Shown here piece after piece: positions 27,159-34,897 of a stretch of 64,000 bases of DNA. How positions within the stretch are numbered: the first letter of the stretch is position 1; each line of letters opens with the position of its first letter. The stretch is from IMG/VR virus record IMGVR_UViG_3300020383_000006, positions 32,001 to 96,000 of that record. One strand, given 5' to 3'. This DNA is from a virus. The position numbers were made by a program, and so were the translations under genes. The notes below the pieces were generated by a model. It worked only from the letters and a program-made list of their open reading frames with translations. It made no database searches and was not told where the DNA came from.

Positions 27159-27242
27159 GCGGGTATGATGGAATGGAAGACATAGGAGACTTAAAATTTC
27201 TGGGCGAAAGCCGTGTGGGTTCGAATCCCACTACCCGTACCA
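27159..27242 (+). tRNA. tRNA-Leu(TAA)
   Basis: CTTAAAA loop; GGC-GAAA-GCC variable arm; ACCA. Confidence 0.95.
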
Positions 27243-27258
27243 TTTAGAGGTTTATATT

Positions 27259-27462
27259 ATGATTAAACATTTTGAAAGTAAAACAAGCCATCATAATGAC
27301 TTTACTTACCCTGAAATCGGTAGTAAAGTAATTCACAAAGTTTACGGTAAAGTTCAAATTTTGTCAGTAGATAAACAAGAACTTGAAGCTACTGTTAGAC
27401 AAATTGATGGCGACCCAACGCTATTTTTTAGAATTGGGTTGGAAGATTTAGAAAGTTTTTAA
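27259..27462 (+). CDS. small SH3-like hypothetical protein
   Basis: GAGG RBS; IGSKVIHKVYGKVQIL. Confidence 0.6.
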   Translation: MIKHFESKTSHHNDFTYPEIGSKVIHKVYGKVQILSVDKQELEATVRQIDGDPTLFFRIGLEDLESF

Positions 27463-27463
27463 T

Positions 27464-27546
27464 ACTGACGTAGTCGTGCTAAGCTACGAACTTAGTAAGC
27501 GTAAATGGATCTGAAAATGTAGGTTCGAATCCTACCGTCAGTGCCA
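27464..27546 (+). tRNA. rearranged tRNA-Arg(ACG) lacking a canonical D-arm
   Basis: Acceptor ACTGACG/CGTCAGT-GCCA, anticodon arm CTAAG-CTACGAA-CTTAG, perfect T-arm; 8-nt D region and 23-nt variable region. Confidence 0.8.
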
Positions 27547-27564
27547 CATTTTAAGGTATTATTC

Positions 27565-28005
27565 ATGTTTCGTAAAATTATTGATAAAGTATTTGCTAAA
27601 TTAGGTTATGTTAGAAATAGAAAACTTAGTGCCAAATTTTCTTTAGAGTCGGAAGAAGATCTTAAAAACCTACATAATATTGGTTGTGAATCCGAATTAG
27701 TTAATGCTATTTCTGAAGAAATTAAGGGTGACCAAACAATTTTAATGAGCCGTGATAACCCTTATGGTTGGAAACTTGAAGAACTATTAGAAAAGGTAAG
27801 AAATGAACTTATCAAGAAAAATAGACTTTTGGAAGGTGATACTTGTAAAGTTTCTGACCGTATAGTTAGAAATAACGATTTCATCATTTCTAACCTAAAA
27901 GAATGTGTTATCATCCAAAAAGAAACGATGGAAGTTTTAGATACTTTAGGTGAAAACCAAGGTCCTCTGGGTAAACCAAGAGTAGGTAATAGAAATGAAA
28001 AATAA
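27565..28005 (+). CDS. hypothetical protein
   Basis: ORF track; probable start MFRKII. Confidence 0.6.
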   Translation: MFRKIIDKVFAKLGYVRNRKLSAKFSLESEEDLKNLHNIGCESELVNAISEEIKGDQTILMSRDNPYGWKLEELLEKVRNELIKKNRLLEGDTCKVSDRIVRNNDFIISNLKECVIIQKETMEVLDTLGENQGPLGKPRVGNRNEK

Positions 28006-28132
28006 AGAACTTTCAGATAAACAAAAACGCCTTTTAAAAGAAGGTTATGAAAAATTGGGTTTAATATCCAAGTTACTTGATAAAGCATTCTTTAATGCTA
28101 TGTTGAAATCTTAACTTTAGGATTTTTATATT

Positions 28133-28486
28133 ATGGAATTAGTGAAACAAGACTTTTTTAAAATAGATGAAAACGGTAATGAACATGAACTAACTTATTA
28201 TTTTGGTTTAAAGCAGTGGCAAAGTATTATGGATAAAAATAATATGTACCAAGTTATGCTCTTTGCTGAATATATCTATGATAATACCGTTGAACGGTTT
28301 ACAAAAAATAGGTTCATTGGTTGTGGTTTAGCGAATGAAGTTATTAAGTTAACAGGCGTTAAAATTTTTAACTATGGTTCTGTTAAGTTAGCTTTATCTA
28401 AGTTACTCCTTCAAGAAGAAGATTCTTTTGTAGGAGAAATCCATTTTCAACTTTCAGAAATAATGAAAATGAATAACAATAAATAA
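28133..28486 (+). CDS. hypothetical protein
   Basis: ORF track; AGGA RBS. Confidence 0.6.
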   Translation: MELVKQDFFKIDENGNEHELTYYFGLKQWQSIMDKNNMYQVMLFAEYIYDNTVERFTKNRFIGCGLANEVIKLTGVKIFNYGSVKLALSKLLLQEEDSFVGEIHFQLSEIMKMNNNK

Positions 28487-28515
28487 TTGTAACTTCACGA
28501 TATAAAGGTTAGAAA

Positions 28516-28896
28516 ATGAAAACATTTAAAGAATTTTTGGTTGAGGGTTCTACTTGGGATTCAATATCTTCAGAACTTAGAAAACATAAAGTTTTTAAAA
28601 ACGGTATGTTGAGGACACCAAGAACTGATGGGACGTATGGTGTTTTTTACTATCATAAAAAATCAGGACTTTATGGTTTGGTTATTGATGCGGATGATAA
28701 AGGCTTTTACTACACTATTTCTAGTGGCAAGTATTATTTACCATACGCTGCTGAATTAGTTTCTTCCAAAGAATTATATATATTTAAAACGAGAAACGCT
28801 CCAAAACACGCTGAAAAATACATTTTAGAAAAAATCGGTGGTGAGAACCCAACTTTGAATAGTGATACTGTGTTAGAAAATTCATTTAAAGAATAA
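28516..28896 (+). CDS. putative internal head protein (CTS-like MKTFKEFLVE)
   Basis: N-terminal motif. Confidence 0.65.
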   Translation: MKTFKEFLVEGSTWDSISSELRKHKVFKNGMLRTPRTDGTYGVFYYHKKSGLYGLVIDADDKGFYYTISSGKYYLPYAAELVSSKELYIFKTRNAPKHAEKYILEKIGGENPTLNSDTVLENSFKE

Positions 28897-28906
28897 TAAT
28901 TTCTAT

Positions 28907-28991
28907 ACCTCAGTGGCGGAATTGGTAGACGCGCTAGATTTAGGTTCTAGTCCCGAAAGGGGTGGGAGTTCGATTCTCCCCTGAGGTACCA
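28907..28991 (+). tRNA. tRNA-Leu(TAG)
   Basis: CTAGA-TTTAGGT-TCTAG; variable arm; ACCA. Confidence 0.95.
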
Positions 28992-29013
28992 AATTGAATA
29001 GGCGGATAAGAAA

Positions 29014-29562
29014 ATGAGGGTTTTAAAATTAGACAAGGCAGGTACTCCAGAAAAATGGATATCTAGAGAAGATGCGGCTGTTGCGTATGCTAAAGACCAA
29101 GTCCTTTGGGAACTTGGTAATTCTGAAGCTATGTTCGGCGGTATGAATAGAAACCTTGGAATTCAAAGCCACATTGATATCGCGCCTATTATTGCATGCG
29201 ATTCACTAAGTAAATTAAGAGATAAAACAACATTTAGACTTTCTAATGCCGCTTTATTCAAAAGAGACAATTTCCAATGTATGTACTGTGGAAGGCATTT
29301 TAATAGAGGTAATTTGACTCGAGACCATATAACTCCAAGAGTACAAGGTGGTCCGGATATTTGGGAAAACGTTATTACTGCTTGTGTGCGTTGTAATACA
29401 CATAAAGGTGGTAGAACGCCTGAAGAAGCTAATATGGAATTATTAGCTATTCCTTTTGCACCGAACTTATTTGAATTTATGTACCTTAAAAGTCATAAAA
29501 TATTAGCGGATCAAATGGAATTTCTATCTAGTAAATTTAGTGGTCAGAGGGTTTGGCAGTGA
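29014..29562 (+). CDS. HNH endonuclease
   Basis: RDNFQCMYCG..TRDHITPRVQGG..WENVITACVRCNTHKG. Confidence 0.92.
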   Translation: MRVLKLDKAGTPEKWISREDAAVAYAKDQVLWELGNSEAMFGGMNRNLGIQSHIDIAPIIACDSLSKLRDKTTFRLSNAALFKRDNFQCMYCGRHFNRGNLTRDHITPRVQGGPDIWENVITACVRCNTHKGGRTPEEANMELLAIPFAPNLFEFMYLKSHKILADQMEFLSSKFSGQRVWQ

Positions 29563-29930
29563 AAAGGGTTAGTTTAGAACTTTTTATTCCAGAAAATTCT
29601 AAAGAAAAAGTTATATACAGGACAATGGAAGAAACTGAGTACCCTGAGTTGGGTATTGTGGTTCCAAAAGGGTTTTACACTGATGGAGCTTCAGTACCTA
29701 AATTATTCAGGGGAATATTTCCTGATATACACCAATATTTCCCTGCTACTTTATTGCATGATTACCTGATATTTGAGCGCAGAAAGGTCGGTAAAATGAC
29801 TTCAAAAATCAGGAAAGAAATTGATAAAAAGTTTTACAACCAACTTTTAAAAATTGGTGTTTCTAAAACCCGATCTAAAATAATGTATTTGGGTGTTAGA
29901 ATATACGCTTTTTTCAATTATAGAAAATAA
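29553..29930 (+). CDS. DUF1353-like protein
   Basis: VPKGFYTDGASVP..ATLLHDYL..MYLGVR. Confidence 0.8.
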   Translation: MAVKRVSLELFIPENSKEKVIYRTMEETEYPELGIVVPKGFYTDGASVPKLFRGIFPDIHQYFPATLLHDYLIFERRKVGKMTSKIRKEIDKKFYNQLLKIGVSKTRSKIMYLGVRIYAFFNYRK

Positions 29931-29934
29931 TTTT

Positions 29935-30011
29935 AGTCCCTTAGCTCAGTTGGTTAGAGCGCAGTCCTTACAAGACTGATGTCTTCCGTTCGAATCGGAA
30001 AGGGACTACCA
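29935..30011 (+). tRNA. tRNA-Val(TAC)
   Basis: CAGTC-CTTACAA-GACTG; ACCA. Confidence 0.95.
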
Positions 30012-30107
30012 ATTTGTGGTAAAGGCTGGTAATACCGCCAGTTCATCCACAGCAGCCGTTCTTAGGACGCTAGGAACCGCTCCACAGCGAAAAGTGGCGT
30101 AAAGACC

Positions 30108-30136
30108 TTTACTTTTATTCAATAAAGTAGTAAGAT
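30108..30136 (+). promoter_or_regulatory. early-type promoter
   Basis: TTTACT-N17-TAAGAT. Confidence 0.6.
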
Positions 30137-30169
30137 ACTTTTATTGTTTTTAGTAGAGGTCTTTTTGTT

Positions 30170-30673
30170 ATGAGAGTATTATTTTTGCACGGTTATGGGT
30201 CAAGTTCAGAAACTGACAAGTTTAAGGCAATCACTTCTAATAAAGTTACCCATAAGTTTTGTCCTTATATTGAGTACAACAAAACCGATTTCCTTTCTTT
30301 GTTTACGAAATTATCCCATATTGTTGAAAAATTCAGACCTGATTTAATTATTGGTCATTCTCTAGGTGGGTATTGGGCTAAAGTGATGAGCAACGCTTAT
30401 CATATTCCATGTATTCTATTGAACCCACAGTTATTTCCAAAGAAAAAGTATGGGTTTCCTAATTTGGATAAATCTGATTTTGAAACTGGGGTTTGGACTT
30501 ATAGTTACCTTGAATCAGGCGACGACATTATTGATTATGAAAAAACTAAATTAATATTAGAAAATTATACTGACTTAGAAATCTACGAAGGCGGTCACCA
30601 TAGAATTAAAAACCTAGATTCAATAAATAGTATTATTGAAAAACATTCTAGAATAGACGGGATTTATGATTAA
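30170..30673 (+). CDS. YqiA/YcfP-like alpha/beta hydrolase
   Basis: LFLHGYGSS, GHSLGG nucleophile elbow, LLNP, GGHH. Confidence 0.85.
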   Translation: MRVLFLHGYGSSSETDKFKAITSNKVTHKFCPYIEYNKTDFLSLFTKLSHIVEKFRPDLIIGHSLGGYWAKVMSNAYHIPCILLNPQLFPKKKYGFPNLDKSDFETGVWTYSYLESGDDIIDYEKTKLILENYTDLEIYEGGHHRIKNLDSINSIIEKHSRIDGIYD

Positions 30674-31259
30674 ATTTCAAGACTTCATCAACGAAAGATT
30701 TGTTAACCTTTTTGGTGATGTAGAAGGAAAAGAAAAATACGTTGACCAAGTTTGGGATATGTTACAATCATCTTATAAACGTTCAGGCGGTATTAAAGGC
30801 TCTGGTTTCGGTTCTAAGCAAGAAATGATAGACAAGCTACCGTTATGGAAGCTAGTCCGTAAAGACGGCAAGATTGTTGCTGGTGGACTCTATAAAGACA
30901 AACGGGGTCGTAAGCGCGTAGCTTCATTTACTGATGGAACTGAACAAGGCAAAAAATGGTTAGGTAAAGTCGTAGAAGAAGATTTTGAACGTGCTTTCTT
31001 TGAAATGTCTAAAGCGGCATTTGGTTCAGCCGTTAAAAATTTGGGTATTGACTTCATGAAGCGTTGGGCTAAAACGCCACAAGAAGTAGAAAAAATTCTT
31101 AAAGGAAAGGAAATAGTTTATCCAGTACCGGAAAATGACCCGCATGTTATAAAAGTCCCAGAATTGAAGGAATTTTATTACCAACGTGAACTAGGTGGGA
31201 AATTAGAAACCAAAATTATGTTGGGTACAACTGGGAATAAAATAGTTGTAGAACAGTAA
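30666..31259 (+). CDS. conserved hypothetical protein with CTS-like N-terminus (MIKFQDFINE)
   Basis: ORF track. Confidence 0.65.
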   Translation: MIKFQDFINERFVNLFGDVEGKEKYVDQVWDMLQSSYKRSGGIKGSGFGSKQEMIDKLPLWKLVRKDGKIVAGGLYKDKRGRKRVASFTDGTEQGKKWLGKVVEEDFERAFFEMSKAAFGSAVKNLGIDFMKRWAKTPQEVEKILKGKEIVYPVPENDPHVIKVPELKEFYYQRELGGKLETKIMLGTTGNKIVVEQ

Positions 31260-31262
31260 ATT

Positions 31263-31339
31263 GGAGATGTAGCTCAGTCGGTCAGAGCACGAAACTCATA
31301 ATTTCGGGGTCGGTGGTTCAATTCCACTCATCTCCACCA
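31263..31339 (+). tRNA. tRNA-Met(CAT), elongator-like
   Basis: CGAAA-CTCATAA-TTTCG; paired 1:72; ACCA. Confidence 0.92.
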
Positions 31340-31363
31340 ATTTAAGATATAAATATAGTTTAT

Positions 31364-31449
31364 AAGGGTGCTGATATTGGTGTGTCGAGCGGTCTCCAAA
31401 ACCGTGATCTTAACCGATCTTGGGGGTTCGAATCCCTCCACCTTTGCCA
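31364..31449 (+). tRNA. tRNA-Trp(CCA) with long variable arm
   Basis: GCGGT-CTCCAAA-ACCGT; GATC-TTAACC-GATC variable hairpin; GCCA. Confidence 0.88.
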
Positions 31450-31471
31450 ATTTTAAATAGAAGAGGTTTTT

Positions 31472-31588
31472 ATGAAAAAGAATACATTTGTTGGTGGCGG
31501 CAATTACAACGAAAAATCATCGATTGGTTTTGATGAATACTGTAGCCGAGTTAAAGGTATGATTGATGGTGGTTTTACTGGCGCTTAA
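31472..31588 (+). CDS. 38-aa hypothetical protein
   Basis: Not in track; GAGG RBS; MKKNTFVGGGNYNEKSSIGF...GFTGA*. Confidence 0.45.
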   Translation: MKKNTFVGGGNYNEKSSIGFDEYCSRVKGMIDGGFTGA

Positions 31589-31597
31589 TAAAATCAC

Positions 31598-31626
31598 TTT
31601 ACTTTTAAAAACAATAAGCCTATAAT
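31598..31626 (+). promoter_or_regulatory. early-type promoter
   Basis: TTTACT-N17-TATAAT. Confidence 0.7.
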
Positions 31627-31660
31627 GACCTCATACTAATTTGTTATGAGGTCTTTTGTT

Positions 31661-31864
31661 ATGTTAAACCCTTTCTCTTCAATTATTCTAATAATTATTG
31701 GTTTAATCATGATTGCTTTAGGCATGATTTATAGTGAACCAACACCTACTGTCAAAATTTCTCACTCTTCTGGTGAATGTGTCGAAGTTATCAATTATAC
31801 TAAAGAAACTCGATTTAGTTGTGATAATCTGCCGGAAAAATATGACCACGTTTGGGTCAAGTAA
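31661..31864 (+). CDS. small membrane-anchored protein
   Basis: N-terminal TM helix; ECVEV..SCDNLPEKYDHVWVK. Confidence 0.6.
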   Translation: MLNPFSSIILIIIGLIMIALGMIYSEPTPTVKISHSSGECVEVINYTKETRFSCDNLPEKYDHVWVK

Positions 31865-31866
31865 TA

Positions 31867-32061
31867 ATGGCTTCCTACCGTATAAAATGTTATTGTGGTT
31901 TTGATAAAGAAGTATCAGAAAGGGATTGTTTATTTGATTCCTTAAAAGAAACTCTTACTTGCCCACAATGCATGTACCGTCTTTCAAAATCAGTAGTCAA
32001 AAATTCTATTGGTTTTAGAGAAGTTGTACCTTTACTTTCTGTTTCTAAAAAGTTAAAGTGA
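31867..32061 (+). CDS. small Zn-ribbon-like protein
   Basis: CYCG...CPQC. Confidence 0.55.
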   Translation: MASYRIKCYCGFDKEVSERDCLFDSLKETLTCPQCMYRLSKSVVKNSIGFREVVPLLSVSKKLK

Positions 32062-32117
32062 TAACCGTCCCTCAAATACGAGGGATCTTGAAATCTTAGT
32101 TATTAGAGGATTATATT

Positions 32118-32858
32118 ATGAAGAACTACAAGAACCTTTACTTTAATGGTCTAGGTTTAGTATCCAACCGCAAAGGAAAATCAACGAAATATTGGGGCGT
32201 TTCTAAAGTTCCTAAAAGCCAACGCTATACAATTCGAGTTTTTAATGAATTAGTTGGTCAACCCCAATCAGTTTCCGGTAATTGGTCATCACTAGCCGTT
32301 GCCGCTGAAATTTCCGCTTTAATGTATTACCTTCTAACCCGTGGCGTTTTAAAACGGGCTAACAGTCGAGTCCTATACGAAACAAATAACAAAAATTATT
32401 TTTTGTTTGAATTTCGTTCAGCAGGTAACTGGGTTATTTCAAAACCAGTAAATACCCTTGTTCAAGATTACCAATCATCTTCTGAAATTCAACAAATCAC
32501 TTCTGACCAAGTTCATAAAGATTTGATGGAATCGGTTCACTTTGAACAAGAACCTGAAGAACTTCAGCTCCAAGAAAAACTTCCATTACAAGAAGAACAG
32601 GTCGACAAAGAACCTGTTGTTGATCAGAAAGAACCTTTAAATGAAATTGTTGATGATGATTCGCCTTCATTAGCTGAAGAAATAGTTGATGATGTTGTTG
32701 AAGAAAATGAAGAAGAATTGGTACAACATTCCGAATACCTACCGCATGAAAAAGAAGCGGCTAAAGCTATGTACAATGCTTTGGTTGAGAACGGGGTAGA
32801 AGCCAGCGATTCTTTCAAGAAATTCGTAGAGATTGTACATAATACAATCAACTCTTAA
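32118..32858 (+). CDS. hypothetical protein, basic N-domain (possibly AP2-like) with acidic tail
   Basis: STKYWGVSK motif; GAGGA RBS. Confidence 0.55.
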   Translation: MKNYKNLYFNGLGLVSNRKGKSTKYWGVSKVPKSQRYTIRVFNELVGQPQSVSGNWSSLAVAAEISALMYYLLTRGVLKRANSRVLYETNNKNYFLFEFRSAGNWVISKPVNTLVQDYQSSSEIQQITSDQVHKDLMESVHFEQEPEELQLQEKLPLQEEQVDKEPVVDQKEPLNEIVDDDSPSLAEEIVDDVVEENEEELVQHSEYLPHEKEAAKAMYNALVENGVEASDSFKKFVEIVHNTINS

Positions 32859-32913
32859 ATTTTAATTAATGAAAATGGGGTACTTTATTTGTGCCCCAAA
32901 ATTGAGGTAATTT

Positions 32914-33867
32914 ATGTCTGAAGTTCATAAAGGTATGCAGAATAAAACAATTATCAAGGTTATCAAAAATAAAATTGATGATTGGGTTAAATCCGTTTTA
33001 GATCATGGCGAAGAATATGACCTTAATGAAGAAGCAAAATCAGTAACAAAAGCAATTAAAAAAGATTGTATTGTTACAGGCGGTTCTATTGCTTCAATGA
33101 TAATGGGTGAAAAAATTAATGATTTTGACGTCTACTTAAGAACTAAAGAATCTGCATTATTGGTTGCTAATTTTTACGTAGACATCTTTAATAAGAAAAA
33201 CCAAGACCAACAAAAAGTAACAGTTAAAGAAGAAACTCTTTCTAACATTTTAGGGGAAGATGAAGAACGTGTTGTTATTTGGGTTGATAGTTCAGGTCAA
33301 GCTTCTGAAAGTTATTCCGAAGAACAGGAAGATATTCCTGAAATCGGTGCGGATATTGGATCTGAGGAAATTGAAGAAGAAGAGTTACGTTATCGTCCAG
33401 TTTTTTTATCTGAAAATGCCATCACTTTAAGCAACAAAATACAAATCGTAACAAGGTTTTATGGTGAACCCGACCAAATTCACCGGAACTATGATTTTGT
33501 GCATGCTATGTGCTATTACGACGCTGGTACAAATAAATTGGTCACTCCTGAAAAAGCATTACGTTCTATGCAATCAAGAACCCTTTATTACGAAGGGAGT
33601 CTATACCCTGTATGTTCACTTTTCCGTTGCCGTAAATTCATTAAACGGGGTTGGTCTATTTCAGCTGGTGAAATGCTTAAAATTGTTTTACAAATTAGTG
33701 AAATTGATTTAACGATTACTTCTATTTTACGGGAGCAGTTAACTGGTGTAGATGCTTTGTATTTCAACCAACTAATTTCCGCAATTAAACAAAAAGAAGC
33801 TCAAGGCGAAGCGATAGATAAAACCTATATCGTTACTGTAATAGACCGTATTTTTAATGACCTGTAA
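32914..33867 (+). CDS. Pol-beta-superfamily nucleotidyltransferase-like protein
   Basis: IVTGGSIAS..INDFDVY (G[GS]..DxD) and YDFVHAM motifs. Confidence 0.7.
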   Translation: MSEVHKGMQNKTIIKVIKNKIDDWVKSVLDHGEEYDLNEEAKSVTKAIKKDCIVTGGSIASMIMGEKINDFDVYLRTKESALLVANFYVDIFNKKNQDQQKVTVKEETLSNILGEDEERVVIWVDSSGQASESYSEEQEDIPEIGADIGSEEIEEEELRYRPVFLSENAITLSNKIQIVTRFYGEPDQIHRNYDFVHAMCYYDAGTNKLVTPEKALRSMQSRTLYYEGSLYPVCSLFRCRKFIKRGWSISAGEMLKIVLQISEIDLTITSILREQLTGVDALYFNQLISAIKQKEAQGEAIDKTYIVTVIDRIFNDL

Positions 33868-33878
33868 GGATTTATATT

Positions 33879-34523
33879 ATGAAAATTATTGACCATACGC
33901 TAGATTTTGAAACAATGGGTACTGACCCAGATAGCATAGTTTTAAGCTGTGCTATCACTTTCCATAGACGTGGTAAAGTCGACTACACGTTCCAAGAGCT
34001 AGTAGAGAAAACCCATTATTTTAAGTTTGATATAGAACACCAACAAAAAGAGTTCGGTCGAACGTATAGTGAACGCACGTTAGAGTGGTGGCAAAAACAA
34101 GACCCTGAAGTTAGAAAGGCACAATTTACCCCATCTGAGTATGATTTTACGTTGGGTGAATTTATAACAGCATATTACAATTTGTTGGAACAATATGGAT
34201 CAAATAACCTTTCTATGGCTTTTTGTCGTGGTCAGTCATTTGATTTCCCTATTCTTAAAAATATCCATCAGTCGGTTAGAAATAGTAATCCTGATTTCTT
34301 CCCTACTCCATTTTGGCAACAAAGTGATATCCGCTCTATTTTGCGTGGCTTAATGATGGATTTAACAGTAAGAAATATTCCTATGCCTGATGGAACATTA
34401 AAAGGGTTTAAAAAACATAATCCAATTCACGATAATGCTAAAGCTATTATGGAAATGCAATGGGCGTATCGGTATGCTGATGGTGAGGAACTTCCAGAAT
34501 ATATTGACCCTGAATCCTTGTAG
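33879..34523 (+). CDS. dexA: DEDDh 3'-5' exonuclease DexA-like
   Basis: LDFETMG, RGQSFDFPIL, FWQQSDIRS, HNPIHD. Confidence 0.85.
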   Translation: MKIIDHTLDFETMGTDPDSIVLSCAITFHRRGKVDYTFQELVEKTHYFKFDIEHQQKEFGRTYSERTLEWWQKQDPEVRKAQFTPSEYDFTLGEFITAYYNLLEQYGSNNLSMAFCRGQSFDFPILKNIHQSVRNSNPDFFPTPFWQQSDIRSILRGLMMDLTVRNIPMPDGTLKGFKKHNPIHDNAKAIMEMQWAYRYADGEELPEYIDPESL

Positions 34524-34588
34524 GGTTTAAAAATAATCTAAATAGAGGTAGGATATTGTTCCTACCTTTTTATTTTAGGAGAAATACG

Positions 34589-34831
34589 ATGCTAAATCTA
34601 AACGAATTTAAACAAATAGAAACTGACGTAGCTATGCTTGAAGAAAAAATTGATGAGTCAGTCTATGAAAAAAGTGAGACATTTGAACTGACTGAAAATG
34701 AAAACCTAACAACTACATTTAAACTGTACGACGCTGATGACAATTGTATCTTTGAAACTGAAGTTGAAGATTACTACACCGCCGAACAATACCTAAAAGA
34801 AAGATTTGACATCAGTGGTGAAGAAGAATAA
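34589..34831 (+). CDS. acidic hypothetical protein
   Basis: AGGAG RBS before MLNLNE. Confidence 0.6.
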   Translation: MLNLNEFKQIETDVAMLEEKIDESVYEKSETFELTENENLTTTFKLYDADDNCIFETEVEDYYTAEQYLKERFDISGEEE

Positions 34832-34897
34832 AATAGATTTTTAATTTTCTTTTTAATCTATTATAATAAATCCTTCTTAAGAATTTCGGAGTTTTAA

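Noticed and set aside
23198-31449. Stop-codon reassignment, suppressor tRNA or selenocysteine tRNA
   Set aside because: No CTA, TTA or TCA anticodons are present. The TGA, TAA and TAG anticodons are ordinary Ser/Leu, and core genes are intact in the standard code
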